Origin: Eubacteriales bacterium | GTDB taxonomy: Bacteria > Bacillota > Clostridia > Oscillospirales > SIG627 | Reading direction: 5' to 3' | DNA: 64,000 nt | NCBI GenBank assembly: GCA_045543495.1 | Contig: JAZQMO010000066.1 | Location: 3,007-67,006 of the forward strand | Shown: one piece after another, positions 9,211 to 17,773 of the stretch | Numbering within the stretch: the first letter of the stretch is position 1 | Layout of the letters: each line of letters begins with the position of its first letter | Notes under the pieces: model-generated | Seen by the model: the letters and a program-made list of their open reading frames with translations, nothing else | Databases searched by the model: none | Told to the model about the DNA's origin: nothing | Made by a program: the position numbers and the translations under genes

Positions 9211-10840
9211 TGGATTTCTCCGTTTTTCGTTGAAATTTGTTTTGAATTTTTTGGGGCATCAGAACCATCAAAAGCTTAAAATTGATGGCAAGATAGATTC
9301 CTGCGGCCACCACACCCGAAAGCCCAAGGTTGATGATCTGCACCCATTTGCGGGGATCCTCTGCGGGGAGGATACTTTTCATCCCGTACAGAACGCCGCA
9401 GAAGACGGCGCTTGAAAGAAGAAACCTCGGCAGAGTCTTTGCCGTCTCTCGGTAATCAAAGCCCATTTTCACCTTCAGGTATACCATGGTAATGGTGTTG
9501 GAAACCAAAAAGCCCGACAGGGTAGCGGTAATGGCACCGTAATGGGCAGGCCATCCAAGAGCGGAAAACAGGTGCATCAAGGGAATATCCAGCAAAAGAT
9601 TGGTTCCCAGTCCGAGAAAAACGGAGCTGTAGATCAATTTTGGCTTGTGCAGACTTTGCAGCAGGGAATTGGTCACCATATAAAGGCAGTCAAACACCGT
9701 CACCAAAATGCTGAAGCGAACGATCTGCGGCCCGAAGCTGTTGGGACTGTAAAATACGTTCCAGACCCCTGTGCTCATCATACTGATAAACAGAGCCATG
9801 GGGGTGATAATGAACAGAATGATCTTCAGGCTTTTGTTGAAATTGCCGTTGACCGCATCCATATTCTTTTCCGTATAGTCCTTTACCATATTGGGAATCA
9901 GACTTACAATGAGCCCCGTGGAAACGGAGGTGATAATGGTGTTGAACTTCACCCCCCAGGTGGTAAATACACTGCTGATAAATTCCGTATCCTCCGCAGA
10001 AAAGCCAAGCTTTGGCAGGGTGCGGATCATCAGGATCATATCCGTTGACGTGTAAAGGGTGTTGGCAAGGGTGATCACAATAAAGGGGATGGAATAAGAT
10101 ATGATCTTCTTTATGATCTCCCGATCCTCCGCCTTGCTTGTTTTGCCCTTTCGGTCAAGTCCGATCTCGGCTTTGTTTTTGCGGCAGATCCGATCCAGAT
10201 AAAAATAGGCAACAAGCCCGCCGAGCCCCGCCGCCAAAACGGAAATGCCAACGGCATATTTGGTGGGAAGGCCAAGAAGAGTGGACAGAACAAAGCTTCC
10301 TATGAGAATGACCCCAATGCGGAAAAGCTGCTCTATGACCTGACTGAGAGAGGGCTCCTTGATATAGCGGTGCCCCTGCAAATACCCTCTTTTGACGCTG
10401 AGAAAGGGAATGATAATGAGGGCAAAGGAAATGAGGCGAAGCACAAAGGCCACATCTGTGGTGGAATTTCCGCCCTCCAGATCTCCCACGATCAACCTTG
10501 CGATCTGCGGCGCAAAGAGAAAGCAGATCAAAAAGGAAACAAGGGAAAAGGTGAGAATGATGCGGGTAGCAATGCGATACATTCCGGCCTTTTTATCCAT
10601 TTGCCCCAGCGTGTGATATTCGCTGGTCAATTTGCTGATGGCAAGGGGGATCCCCGCCGTGGAAATACTCAAAAACACATTGTAAATGTTGTAGGCATAG
10701 CCGTAAAGGGTGCCGCCCTCCTCCCCGATGATCTGATAAAAGGGGATGACATATAAGACCCCCATTACCTTGGAGAGGAAGATGCACAGGGTGGCGATGA
10801 ACGCCCCCTCTAAAAAGCCTGATTTTTTCAGTTTGCTCAT
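9197..10840 (-). CDS. MOP-superfamily flippase of the MurJ/YtgP/SpoVB type
   Basis: 547-aa polytopic protein. Its N-terminus ...GAFIATLCIFLSKVMGVLYVIPFYQIIGEEGGTLYGYAYNIYNVFLSISTAGIPLAISKLTSEY parallels the B. subtilis YtgP/SpoVB pattern. It has an ATGA overlap with asnB and a 14-nt overlap with ylqF. Confidence 0.7.
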   Translation of the reverse strand: MSKLKKSGFLEGAFIATLCIFLSKVMGVLYVIPFYQIIGEEGGTLYGYAYNIYNVFLSISTAGIPLAISKLTSEYHTLGQMDKKAGMYRIATRIILTFSLVSFLICFLFAPQIARLIVGDLEGGNSTTDVAFVLRLISFALIIIPFLSVKRGYLQGHRYIKEPSLSQVIEQLFRIGVILIGSFVLSTLLGLPTKYAVGISVLAAGLGGLVAYFYLDRICRKNKAEIGLDRKGKTSKAEDREIIKKIISYSIPFIVITLANTLYTSTDMILMIRTLPKLGFSAEDTEFISSVFTTWGVKFNTIITSVSTGLIVSLIPNMVKDYTEKNMDAVNGNFNKSLKIILFIITPMALFISMMSTGVWNVFYSPNSFGPQIVRFSILVTVFDCLYMVTNSLLQSLHKPKLIYSSVFLGLGTNLLLDIPLMHLFSALGWPAHYGAITATLSGFLVSNTITMVYLKVKMGFDYRETAKTLPRFLLSSAVFCGVLYGMKSILPAEDPRKWVQIINLGLSGVVAAGIYLAINFKLLMVLMPQKIQNKFQRKTEKSNEKA

Positions 10841-12678
10841 GTTTTATCCGATCCGAAATATACTTGATACCAAATCAAGAAAATATAAATGTTGTAGATC
10901 TTTCTGCCGTTGTTTTTCTTTCCTGCATAGTGATCCTCCAAAAGATCAAGGATCACCTTCTGATCAAAGAATCTCGGCACCTCTTCTCCTTTGAAGGCCT
11001 TTTTTACCGCCTCGTAGTATTTCTCCTCACGGATCCACTTGGAGAAGGGAACGGGGAAGCCAAGCTTTCGCCTCTTAGACCATTCCTCGGGCATTTCCTC
11101 GTCTGCCACACTGCGGAAGATCTCCTTGGTCTTCTTTTTGCGGATCATAAAGGATGTGGGGATCCTTCTTGCCAGATCCCAAACCTCCTTGTCCAAAAAG
11201 GGAACCCGCAGCTCAATGGAATTGGCCATGGTCATTTTGTCTGCCTTCAAAAGAATATCCTGAGGAAGCCAAAAGTGCATATCCAAATACATTTTTTTGG
11301 TCACGTCGTCCTCGTTTTTCACCTTCTCATAATAGGGTGCGAGCACATCCGTTGTGGTCATATCGTCCTTTAAGCGATCCGCCAGAATTTCGTTTGCTTC
11401 CTCCTCGTTCATCACCTGTGCGTGGCCGATGTAGCGCTGACAGAAGGGAAGGGCGTATTTAATAAGGGTATTCTTCCCCGGAAAATGCGGCAGCTTTTTT
11501 GCCACGGCGGCAATGGGCTTTTTGATGAAGGTTGGCAGGGACATATATAATTTGACAGGCAAGGGCTCCAAATATTCATTGTATCCGCCGAACATTTCAT
11601 CGCTTCCCTCACCGGAAAGCACTACCTTCACCTCTTTTCTTGCCAGCTCCGACAAGAATAACAGGGGAACGGTGGAGAGGTTGGCGTGGGGCTCATCGGT
11701 ATGATACTGCACCTTGGGCAGACTCTCAAAAAAGTCCTCCTTGGAAATGTATCGGCTGAAATTCTTGACCCCCATAAGATCGGAAAAATCCTTGGCCATT
11801 TTGGTTTCGTCAAAGCCCGAAACCTCAAAGCCCACGGAAAAGGTCTTGTCAGGCTTTGCCACGCTGACCACATAAGAGGAGTCCACTCCTCCCGAAAGGT
11901 AAGAGCCCACCTCCACATCCGAGGTGATCTGATGATAGCGGATGGAATCTGCCAGCGTTTCCTTGATCCTTTGGCGGTATTCCCCGTAAGGCCTCTTTTC
12001 CTTTTTGTATTCCACGGTAAAATAAGGCTTGACCGTCAGATTCCCCTTGGAATAGTGGAAATAATGGCCGGGCTTTAGTTTGTATACGTTCTTGAAAAAG
12101 GTCTCTTCAAAGACAGAATACTGGAAGATCAGGTACATTTTCAGCGCCTTGTCACAGATCTCCTTTTTCATTCTCGGGTGGGGGAGCATTCCCTTGATCT
12201 CCGAGGCGTACATAAAGTCTTTTTCCGTTTTGTAGTAATAAAAGGGCTTGATGCCGAATTGATCACGGCAGCCCACCGCCTCGCCCGTTTTGCGATCGTA
12301 GATCACAAAGGCAAACATTCCCCGAAGTCTGGGAAACAGCTCCACACCGTATTCCTCGTATCCGTGGATCAAAACCTCGGTATCGGCCTGAGTGGAGAAG
12401 GTATGCCCCTTCTTAAGAAGCTCCTCCCGAAGCTGTCTGTAATTGTAGATCTCACCGTTGAAGGTGATCACCAAAGAGGAGTCCTCATTGTATATGGGCT
12501 GACTGCCTCCCTCCAGATCAATGATGGAGAGTCTGCGAAAGCCCATGGCGATCCTGTCATCACAAAAATATCCGTCGGAGTCAGGGCCTCTGTGCACAAT
12601 GGCATCGGCCATATCCTTTACAATCTCTTCTTTTCTTTCTATCTCTTCTTCTCCGAAGAAGCCTACAAATCCGCACAT
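10837..12678 (-). CDS. asnB: asparagine synthase (glutamine-hydrolysing), AsnB family amidotransferase
   Basis: N-terminal MCGF nucleophile Cys, the Ntn-amidotransferase half, and the SGGVDSS PP-loop. Confidence 0.85.
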   Translation of the reverse strand: MCGFVGFFGEEEIERKEEIVKDMADAIVHRGPDSDGYFCDDRIAMGFRRLSIIDLEGGSQPIYNEDSSLVITFNGEIYNYRQLREELLKKGHTFSTQADTEVLIHGYEEYGVELFPRLRGMFAFVIYDRKTGEAVGCRDQFGIKPFYYYKTEKDFMYASEIKGMLPHPRMKKEICDKALKMYLIFQYSVFEETFFKNVYKLKPGHYFHYSKGNLTVKPYFTVEYKKEKRPYGEYRQRIKETLADSIRYHQITSDVEVGSYLSGGVDSSYVVSVAKPDKTFSVGFEVSGFDETKMAKDFSDLMGVKNFSRYISKEDFFESLPKVQYHTDEPHANLSTVPLLFLSELARKEVKVVLSGEGSDEMFGGYNEYLEPLPVKLYMSLPTFIKKPIAAVAKKLPHFPGKNTLIKYALPFCQRYIGHAQVMNEEEANEILADRLKDDMTTTDVLAPYYEKVKNEDDVTKKMYLDMHFWLPQDILLKADKMTMANSIELRVPFLDKEVWDLARRIPTSFMIRKKKTKEIFRSVADEEMPEEWSKRRKLGFPVPFSKWIREEKYYEAVKKAFKGEEVPRFFDQKVILDLLEDHYAGKKNNGRKIYNIYIFLIWYQVYFGSDKT

Positions 12679-13896
12679 TTATTCTGCCTTCCAATATCCG
12701 TTTTTATATTCTTTGTAATACCTGAAATGCTTTTTGATCAGGTAAAGCTGTCGTTTGAAATTGCGGTCCTTGCGGTAGCGAACGGGGCTGACCCGTCCCT
12801 TCCACAGGCGAAGTGCCTCCTTCTTGAAGTCCTCGTTTTTTACATATTTTTTCACCACGCCCCGTGGCACGAAGGATAAAAGCTGCTTCTTGTTCAGGAA
12901 AACATATTCGCTTTCCTTTTCCTCCAAAAGATCCTCAATAAGCACCTGCACCAGATTCTTTCCGAGAGCGGCTACATAATAGCTGCTGCGGCCTTGCCGT
13001 GCATTGATCTCCAACACCTTGAAGCGCCCGTCCCGAACATCAAATTTCAAATCAAATTCTGCCCAGCCGCGGTATCCGATGCCCTCTAAAAATTCCTTCA
13101 TTTGGCCTTCGATCTGCTTCGGATCTCCGTTTTGATAATAGCCGTTGATCATTACCGCCGCATTGCCGACCATATTGCGGCTGTGCTCCTGCAGGCCGAT
13201 CTGCGCCAAGGAAAGCACCTTCACCTTCCCGTTTCTGTCGCAATAGGCTACGGCGTCATAAAGCAGGGAGTCATCTCCGGGAATGTAGTCCTGAAGGATC
13301 AGAATATCGTCGTACCCGCCTTTTCGGATCCGATGGATAATATCGTTTAATTCCTCCCGACTTTTCACCTTGTAGATCTTGTTTTTCCCTTCAAAGGAAA
13401 GGTGGTTGTATAAAATCACATTGCTGGGCTTCACAATGAGGGGAAAATTCGCCTCCTCCTCAAATGCTTCCTGCTTTTTGCAATCAAAATAATAGGTCTT
13501 GGGAAGAGAAAGACAGGAGCTTTCGTATGTCTTGTAAAAATCCTCCTTCATCATCAGGGAGGAGAGAATTTCAAGGCTTGGGTAATTGAAATAAAAGCCC
13601 GCTTCTTTCAGCTTGTCAGCGTTTTTCACCATCAGAGCGGCGTAGCTTTCGTTGGAGCTGATCAAAAGGATCTTTTTGCCCGAAAAGCGCTTTTTGAAGT
13701 CCGTCAATGCCTTCAAAAAGCCCTCCTCCTCCCAAATGGAAGAATCGTAAAATAAATTGAGAATGTCGGAATACTGCGTATAGGGGAGAGGGGACTTTGC
13801 CAAAACATACGCCTTTTTGCCGTATGCCTCGTGATAACAGCGAGCCATATAATAGGCGTTGGCATCACTGCCGATAATGAGAACGACATAGTCCAT
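12679..13896 (-). CDS. ATP-grasp carboxylate-amine ligase, D-aspartate-ligase-like
   Basis: IIGSDANAYYMARCYHEAYGKK, ILQDYIPGDDS and LEINARQGRSSYY resemble, from memory, the peptidoglycan D-Asp ligase (Aslfm) family. Its stop TAA abuts the asnB ATG (TAAATG). Confidence 0.55.
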   Translation of the reverse strand: MDYVVLIIGSDANAYYMARCYHEAYGKKAYVLAKSPLPYTQYSDILNLFYDSSIWEEEGFLKALTDFKKRFSGKKILLISSNESYAALMVKNADKLKEAGFYFNYPSLEILSSLMMKEDFYKTYESSCLSLPKTYYFDCKKQEAFEEEANFPLIVKPSNVILYNHLSFEGKNKIYKVKSREELNDIIHRIRKGGYDDILILQDYIPGDDSLLYDAVAYCDRNGKVKVLSLAQIGLQEHSRNMVGNAAVMINGYYQNGDPKQIEGQMKEFLEGIGYRGWAEFDLKFDVRDGRFKVLEINARQGRSSYYVAALGKNLVQVLIEDLLEEKESEYVFLNKKQLLSFVPRGVVKKYVKNEDFKKEALRLWKGRVSPVRYRKDRNFKRQLYLIKKHFRYYKEYKNGYWKAE

Positions 13897-13916
13897 TTCA
13901 AATCCTCCGTTTTAAC

Positions 13917-15074
13917 TTACTTTGTGTTGGTGTAGACCCTCGGCACTCTCGGGCCGATGCCCGTTAACAGGCGATAAGCGTTGACCCCGCTTTTTCTTGC
14001 GGCTTGGGAAACGGAAATGTTCTTTCCGAACAGCTCTGCCACGTCTCCCACAGAAACGCTCCCGTCCACCAAAATCGTGATCATATCCATGCAGGCAGAG
14101 CCCACAATGGGGTATCTTTTTTGTCCGATAAAAACCTCTCCCAAGCTGCTGTCAACACCATCGTGATAACCGATGGAAAGGGTGGCGATCCTTTGGTCCT
14201 CAGGGGCGACCCCTTGGGCTCCGTAGCCGATCCGCTCTCCCTTTTTCACTTCTCTTATGCTGATCACCTCACCAAAGAGGGAAAAGGCGGTTTCAAGCTT
14301 CAGATCGTTTTCCAGAATACAGGGAGAAATGCCAAGCCGTTTCAAGGTCAAAAGCCGCTTCAGGCGGCGCAGTCCCTTGGGCTCGGGAATGCTTTGGGAA
14401 AAACCGTAAAGAAGGATCCCGTGTCGGGTTCCCGTTTCAAACTCCAATTTTTCGTGATGCACCAGCGTAATGGAGCGATTGATATGCACAATGGGAATTT
14501 TCTTCAAATCAATGCCTTCTGTCAGATGACGGAAGGTGGCAAGGGATTTGTCGTAATAGGGGTCAAGGATCCCGCCGGTTGCAAAATGGGTAAAGATCCC
14601 TTCCAGAATAAGATTTTCCTTTCCCGAAAGAAGGGAAACGGCCTCTTCGACCTCCTCCTTCCTCTTGATCCCCAATCGGTTCATTCCGCAGTCCAGCTTT
14701 AAGTGCACCTTCAGGGGAGAGGGGAGGGGGGTACCAGCCAATCGGGCGGCATCCGCAAGGGAATCCACCGTCAGGGTCAGATCGTTTTTCAGGGCAATCT
14801 CAACAACCTCGGGACGGCGAATGTAAGGCTCCAGAATCAAAACGGGAATACTCCTGTTTTCTTCTCTTACCGCCAAGGCCTCCTCGGGGGTTGCCACCGC
14901 AAGATAATTGATCCCGCCTCGGATCAGAGCGTGAATGGCCCCAAATCCGTGACCGTATGCACCGGCCTTTACCACGCCGATGTGATAACTGTAATCTTTG
15001 TATTTTTCTGTGATCTCTCGGGCGTTTTTCTCTAAAACTTCCGTGTCGATTTCGGCCCAGGTTTTCCGATACAT
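13917..15074 (-). CDS. alr: alanine racemase family PLP enzyme (copy 1)
   Basis: VVKAGAYGHG (PLP Lys), GILLYGF, SIGYHDG and CMDMITILVD motifs. ATG 15074 lies after AAGGGGTGA. Confidence 0.8.
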   Translation of the reverse strand: MYRKTWAEIDTEVLEKNAREITEKYKDYSYHIGVVKAGAYGHGFGAIHALIRGGINYLAVATPEEALAVREENRSIPVLILEPYIRRPEVVEIALKNDLTLTVDSLADAARLAGTPLPSPLKVHLKLDCGMNRLGIKRKEEVEEAVSLLSGKENLILEGIFTHFATGGILDPYYDKSLATFRHLTEGIDLKKIPIVHINRSITLVHHEKLEFETGTRHGILLYGFSQSIPEPKGLRRLKRLLTLKRLGISPCILENDLKLETAFSLFGEVISIREVKKGERIGYGAQGVAPEDQRIATLSIGYHDGVDSSLGEVFIGQKRYPIVGSACMDMITILVDGSVSVGDVAELFGKNISVSQAARKSGVNAYRLLTGIGPRVPRVYTNTK

Positions 15075-15097
15075 ATAAATCACCCCTTATATCATCC

Positions 15098-15126
15098 ATT
15101 ATACCAAATCATTCCCGAAAAGTAAA
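15098..15126 (-). promoter_or_regulatory. candidate sigma-A promoter for the alr/ATP-grasp/asnB/flippase cassette
   Basis: On the minus strand: TTTACT, 17 nt, then TGgTATAAT (extended -10). It lies downstream of the lepB terminator. Confidence 0.4.
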
Positions 15127-15145
15127 CATCAAACAAGCGAAAAGA

Positions 15146-15178
15146 GAAAAAAGAATGGCAATTTTGCCATTCTTTTTT
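15146..15178 (-). terminator. rho-independent terminator after lepB
   Basis: Palindrome aaaaaagaatggcaa ttt tgccattctttttt immediately 3' of the lepB stop. Confidence 0.6.
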
Positions 15179-15181
15179 CTC

Positions 15182-16156
15182 TTATTTTACCTTGCCGAAT
15201 TTCTCAAAGGGAGTCACCCGAATCAGGACCCGACCCATAATAAACCGCTCGTCGATCTGACCCACGGAATCACTGCGGCTGTCCAAGGAGTCATTTCGGT
15301 GGTCACCCATAACGAAAATGCAGTTGTCCTCCACCACGATCTCGCTCTCTCCGTTTTCATTGGGCTGCATATCTTCGAAATTCATCAGACTGCCTTCCTC
15401 AAAGAGAATGTAATCCTCGTGAAGCTCTTCTCCGTCCACCCAAACCTGCCAGGTGGTGAAATTGATCCGCACCGTTTGCCCGCCTGTGGCGATCACTCGC
15501 TTGATGAGAGGCTCGGTTCCGTTTTTGTAATGGGGGGATTGCACCACCACAATGTCACCCGTCTTGGGGGTGTAAAGCAGATCGGAAATGATCAGGTATT
15601 CCCGATCCTCGAGGGTGGGGAGCATAGACCCGCCGTTGACCGTAACGCCACGGAAGATCAGGGTAAATACAAAGATCACCACCGTCAGAGAAAACAAAAA
15701 GGATTTGATCCAGTCAAAGGTGTTGACCGCAGAGGAAGGCTCCTCCTTTTTCTCCTCGGTTTCTTTCGTGTTTTCGCTTGTTAAGTCCTCATCCGAAATG
15801 ACCGCCGAGGCTTCTTTTTCTGCTTCCGCGGGCTCACTTTCTTGTAAGGAGTCAGAAGCTTCTTCGGGCCCGTTTTCCTCCAAGGCTTCGCCGTTTTCCA
15901 AGGGTACTTCTAATGCTTTCTGTTCCTGTGACTCGGCCATCTCTTGGGGAGCGGAATTTTCTGCGGCGGGATCTTCTGTCGCTTCCTTGCTTACAGCCTC
16001 CTCAGTAACCTCTTCCTCGCTTACCGCCTCCTCGGGTACTTCTTCCACCTTGTTCTTTTCTGCTTCGGAAAAGGGGGCAGGGGTGCGACGGGGACGAAGA
16101 TTGAGGGAAGACCGTTCCCGCAAAGGGTTCTCTTCAGGGAGATTTTCTTTGTCCAT
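15182..16156 (-). CDS. lepB: signal peptidase I with long acidic N-terminal extension
   Basis: GGSMLPTL (Ser), GDIVVV, KRVIATGG (Lys) and VMGDHRNDSLDSR boxes. ATG 16156 (MDKEN) lies after AAAGGA. About 150 Glu/Ser/Pro-rich residues precede the TM segment. Confidence 0.85.
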   Translation of the reverse strand: MDKENLPEENPLRERSSLNLRPRRTPAPFSEAEKNKVEEVPEEAVSEEEVTEEAVSKEATEDPAAENSAPQEMAESQEQKALEVPLENGEALEENGPEEASDSLQESEPAEAEKEASAVISDEDLTSENTKETEEKKEEPSSAVNTFDWIKSFLFSLTVVIFVFTLIFRGVTVNGGSMLPTLEDREYLIISDLLYTPKTGDIVVVQSPHYKNGTEPLIKRVIATGGQTVRINFTTWQVWVDGEELHEDYILFEEGSLMNFEDMQPNENGESEIVVEDNCIFVMGDHRNDSLDSRSDSVGQIDERFIMGRVLIRVTPFEKFGKVK

Positions 16157-16171
16157 AACGTGTCCTTTCAT

Positions 16172-16200
16172 AAAAAAAGAGGGACTAAAAGTCCCTCTCA
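16172..16200 (-). terminator. terminator/attenuator after rplS
   Basis: On the minus strand: gagagggac tttt agtccctct followed by ttttttt. Confidence 0.55.
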
Positions 16201-16253
16201 GCAACTTGATTGATTCCGAATGAGTGTCAAAAGTGACTTTAGCAATTCGGTAC

Positions 16254-16595
16254 TCAGATAAGCTCTTTGACCTTAGCTGCCTTACCTACTCTGTCACGCA
16301 GGTAGTAAAGCTTAGCTCTGCGAACCTTACCGGTGCGGACAACCTCAACCTTTTCAACTCTGGGAGAGTGAAGGGGGAAGGTCTTCTCCACGCCAACGCC
16401 GTAAGATACTCTTCTGACGGTGAAGGTCTCGGAAATGCCACCGTTCTTCTTTGCGATAACAGTTCCTTCAAAAAGCTGGATTCTTTCTCTGGTTCCTTCT
16501 ACGATCTTGTTGTGAACACGCACGGTGTCACCAACGTTGAACTGGGGAACTTCCTGTTTCAGCTGCTCGTTTGTAAAAGCCTTGATCATATCCAT
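16254..16595 (-). CDS. rplS: 50S ribosomal protein L19
   Basis: [50 protein letters not shown]... is canonical L19. RBS AAGGAGGG. Confidence 0.95.
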   Translation of the reverse strand: MDMIKAFTNEQLKQEVPQFNVGDTVRVHNKIVEGTRERIQLFEGTVIAKKNGGISETFTVRRVSYGVGVEKTFPLHSPRVEKVEVVRTGKVRRAKLYYLRDRVGKAAKVKELI

Positions 16596-16713
16596 GATGG
16601 GCCCTCCTTAAATAAAAGTAATTTATTTAAGTATAAATGCAAGCGTTCGTGCTGAAGCCGGCAGAGGACCGCTTGGGTTGCATAAGCAAATACATTCATA
16701 CCATAACAGGTGA

Positions 16714-16742
16714 ATTATACCACAGCAAAACAAATAATGCAA
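16714..16742 (-). promoter_or_regulatory. candidate sigma-A promoter of rplS
   Basis: On the minus strand: TTGCAT, 17 nt, then TATAAT. It leaves a leader of about 110 nt. Confidence 0.45.
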
Positions 16743-16759
16743 GGGGTTTTTGAAAAAAA

Positions 16760-17641
16760 TTATTTTTTCTTCAAAAAATGAGCCAGACACCCTTCCCGAA
16801 CCCCGCATCGGCACACAAAGGACTGCTCCTTTTCATAGTGCTCGGCGATCTGTCGGAATACGCAAAGGGCAGGGGGGATCAGGCGGTACCGATCCTTCAG
16901 CATTCCCTCCATGGTCTTTTTCTCCTCGGGCTTTCCCGAAACAAAATGACGGGCGATCCGCTTCATTTGATGGGTTCCCAAGGAATAATTGTTTTTGTTT
17001 TCCAAGAAATTTTTGTACCGCAAGACTGCCTTGGCGCTCCCGCCCGAAAGCAGGATCGTAGAGCCCGAAAATTTCGGTGCACTTTCTCTTAAATGACTGC
17101 GGATCAAGGCTTCGCAGCCCATAGGATCATAGTTCCCGTCGGCAAAGAAGCGGTGATACAGGGTCAGGCAACCGAAGGGCAGAGAGACAGATTCCACCAC
17201 CTCGTTTTTGCGGAAGGCCACAAGCTCTGTGGAGCCGCCGCCCAGATCCACGGAAATACCCGATTTAATGCGAAAGGTTCCCTTTGCTCCCAAAAAGGAG
17301 TAGTAGGCCTCCTTCTCCCCTGAAATAATGTCCACAAGGATGCCGCTTTCCTTTGCGATCCTGTCCACGATTTTCCCCGCATTGTCCAGTCCCCGAAGGG
17401 AAGCGGTGGCAAAGGCGATGGGCGGCGTAGGGGTGAGGCGTTTTGCAATTTGAGAAAACTCACAGATCAAGCGGCAGAGCTCCTCCACCGTGTTCTCCGG
17501 CAGGAGATTGTCGCAGACCTTGGCACGAATATTCAGCGGCACCGCCTTGAAAAAAGCGGGGGCGGAATGAAACAGACGATCCTGATCCAAAACGGCGATC
17601 TTAACGGTATTGGATCCGATATCGATAACAGGATAAAGCAT
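16760..17641 (-). CDS. Ppx/GppA-family phosphatase (N-terminal domains only)
   Basis: VIDIGSNTVKIAVL and DLGGGSTELV actin-fold phosphate-binding motifs. Confidence 0.7.
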   Translation of the reverse strand: MLYPVIDIGSNTVKIAVLDQDRLFHSAPAFFKAVPLNIRAKVCDNLLPENTVEELCRLICEFSQIAKRLTPTPPIAFATASLRGLDNAGKIVDRIAKESGILVDIISGEKEAYYSFLGAKGTFRIKSGISVDLGGGSTELVAFRKNEVVESVSLPFGCLTLYHRFFADGNYDPMGCEALIRSHLRESAPKFSGSTILLSGGSAKAVLRYKNFLENKNNYSLGTHQMKRIARHFVSGKPEEKKTMEGMLKDRYRLIPPALCVFRQIAEHYEKEQSFVCRCGVREGCLAHFLKKK

Positions 17642-17773
17642 TCTTTTCTTTTCCTTTATACTTTCTTGCCTTTATTTTACAATATTTTTCATGAAATTGC
17701 AAGGCCTTTTCCCAAGGGATGAAAAAAAGAGGGAGGGGGTGCATATATTGGTAAAAAACACTTGGGAGGCAAT

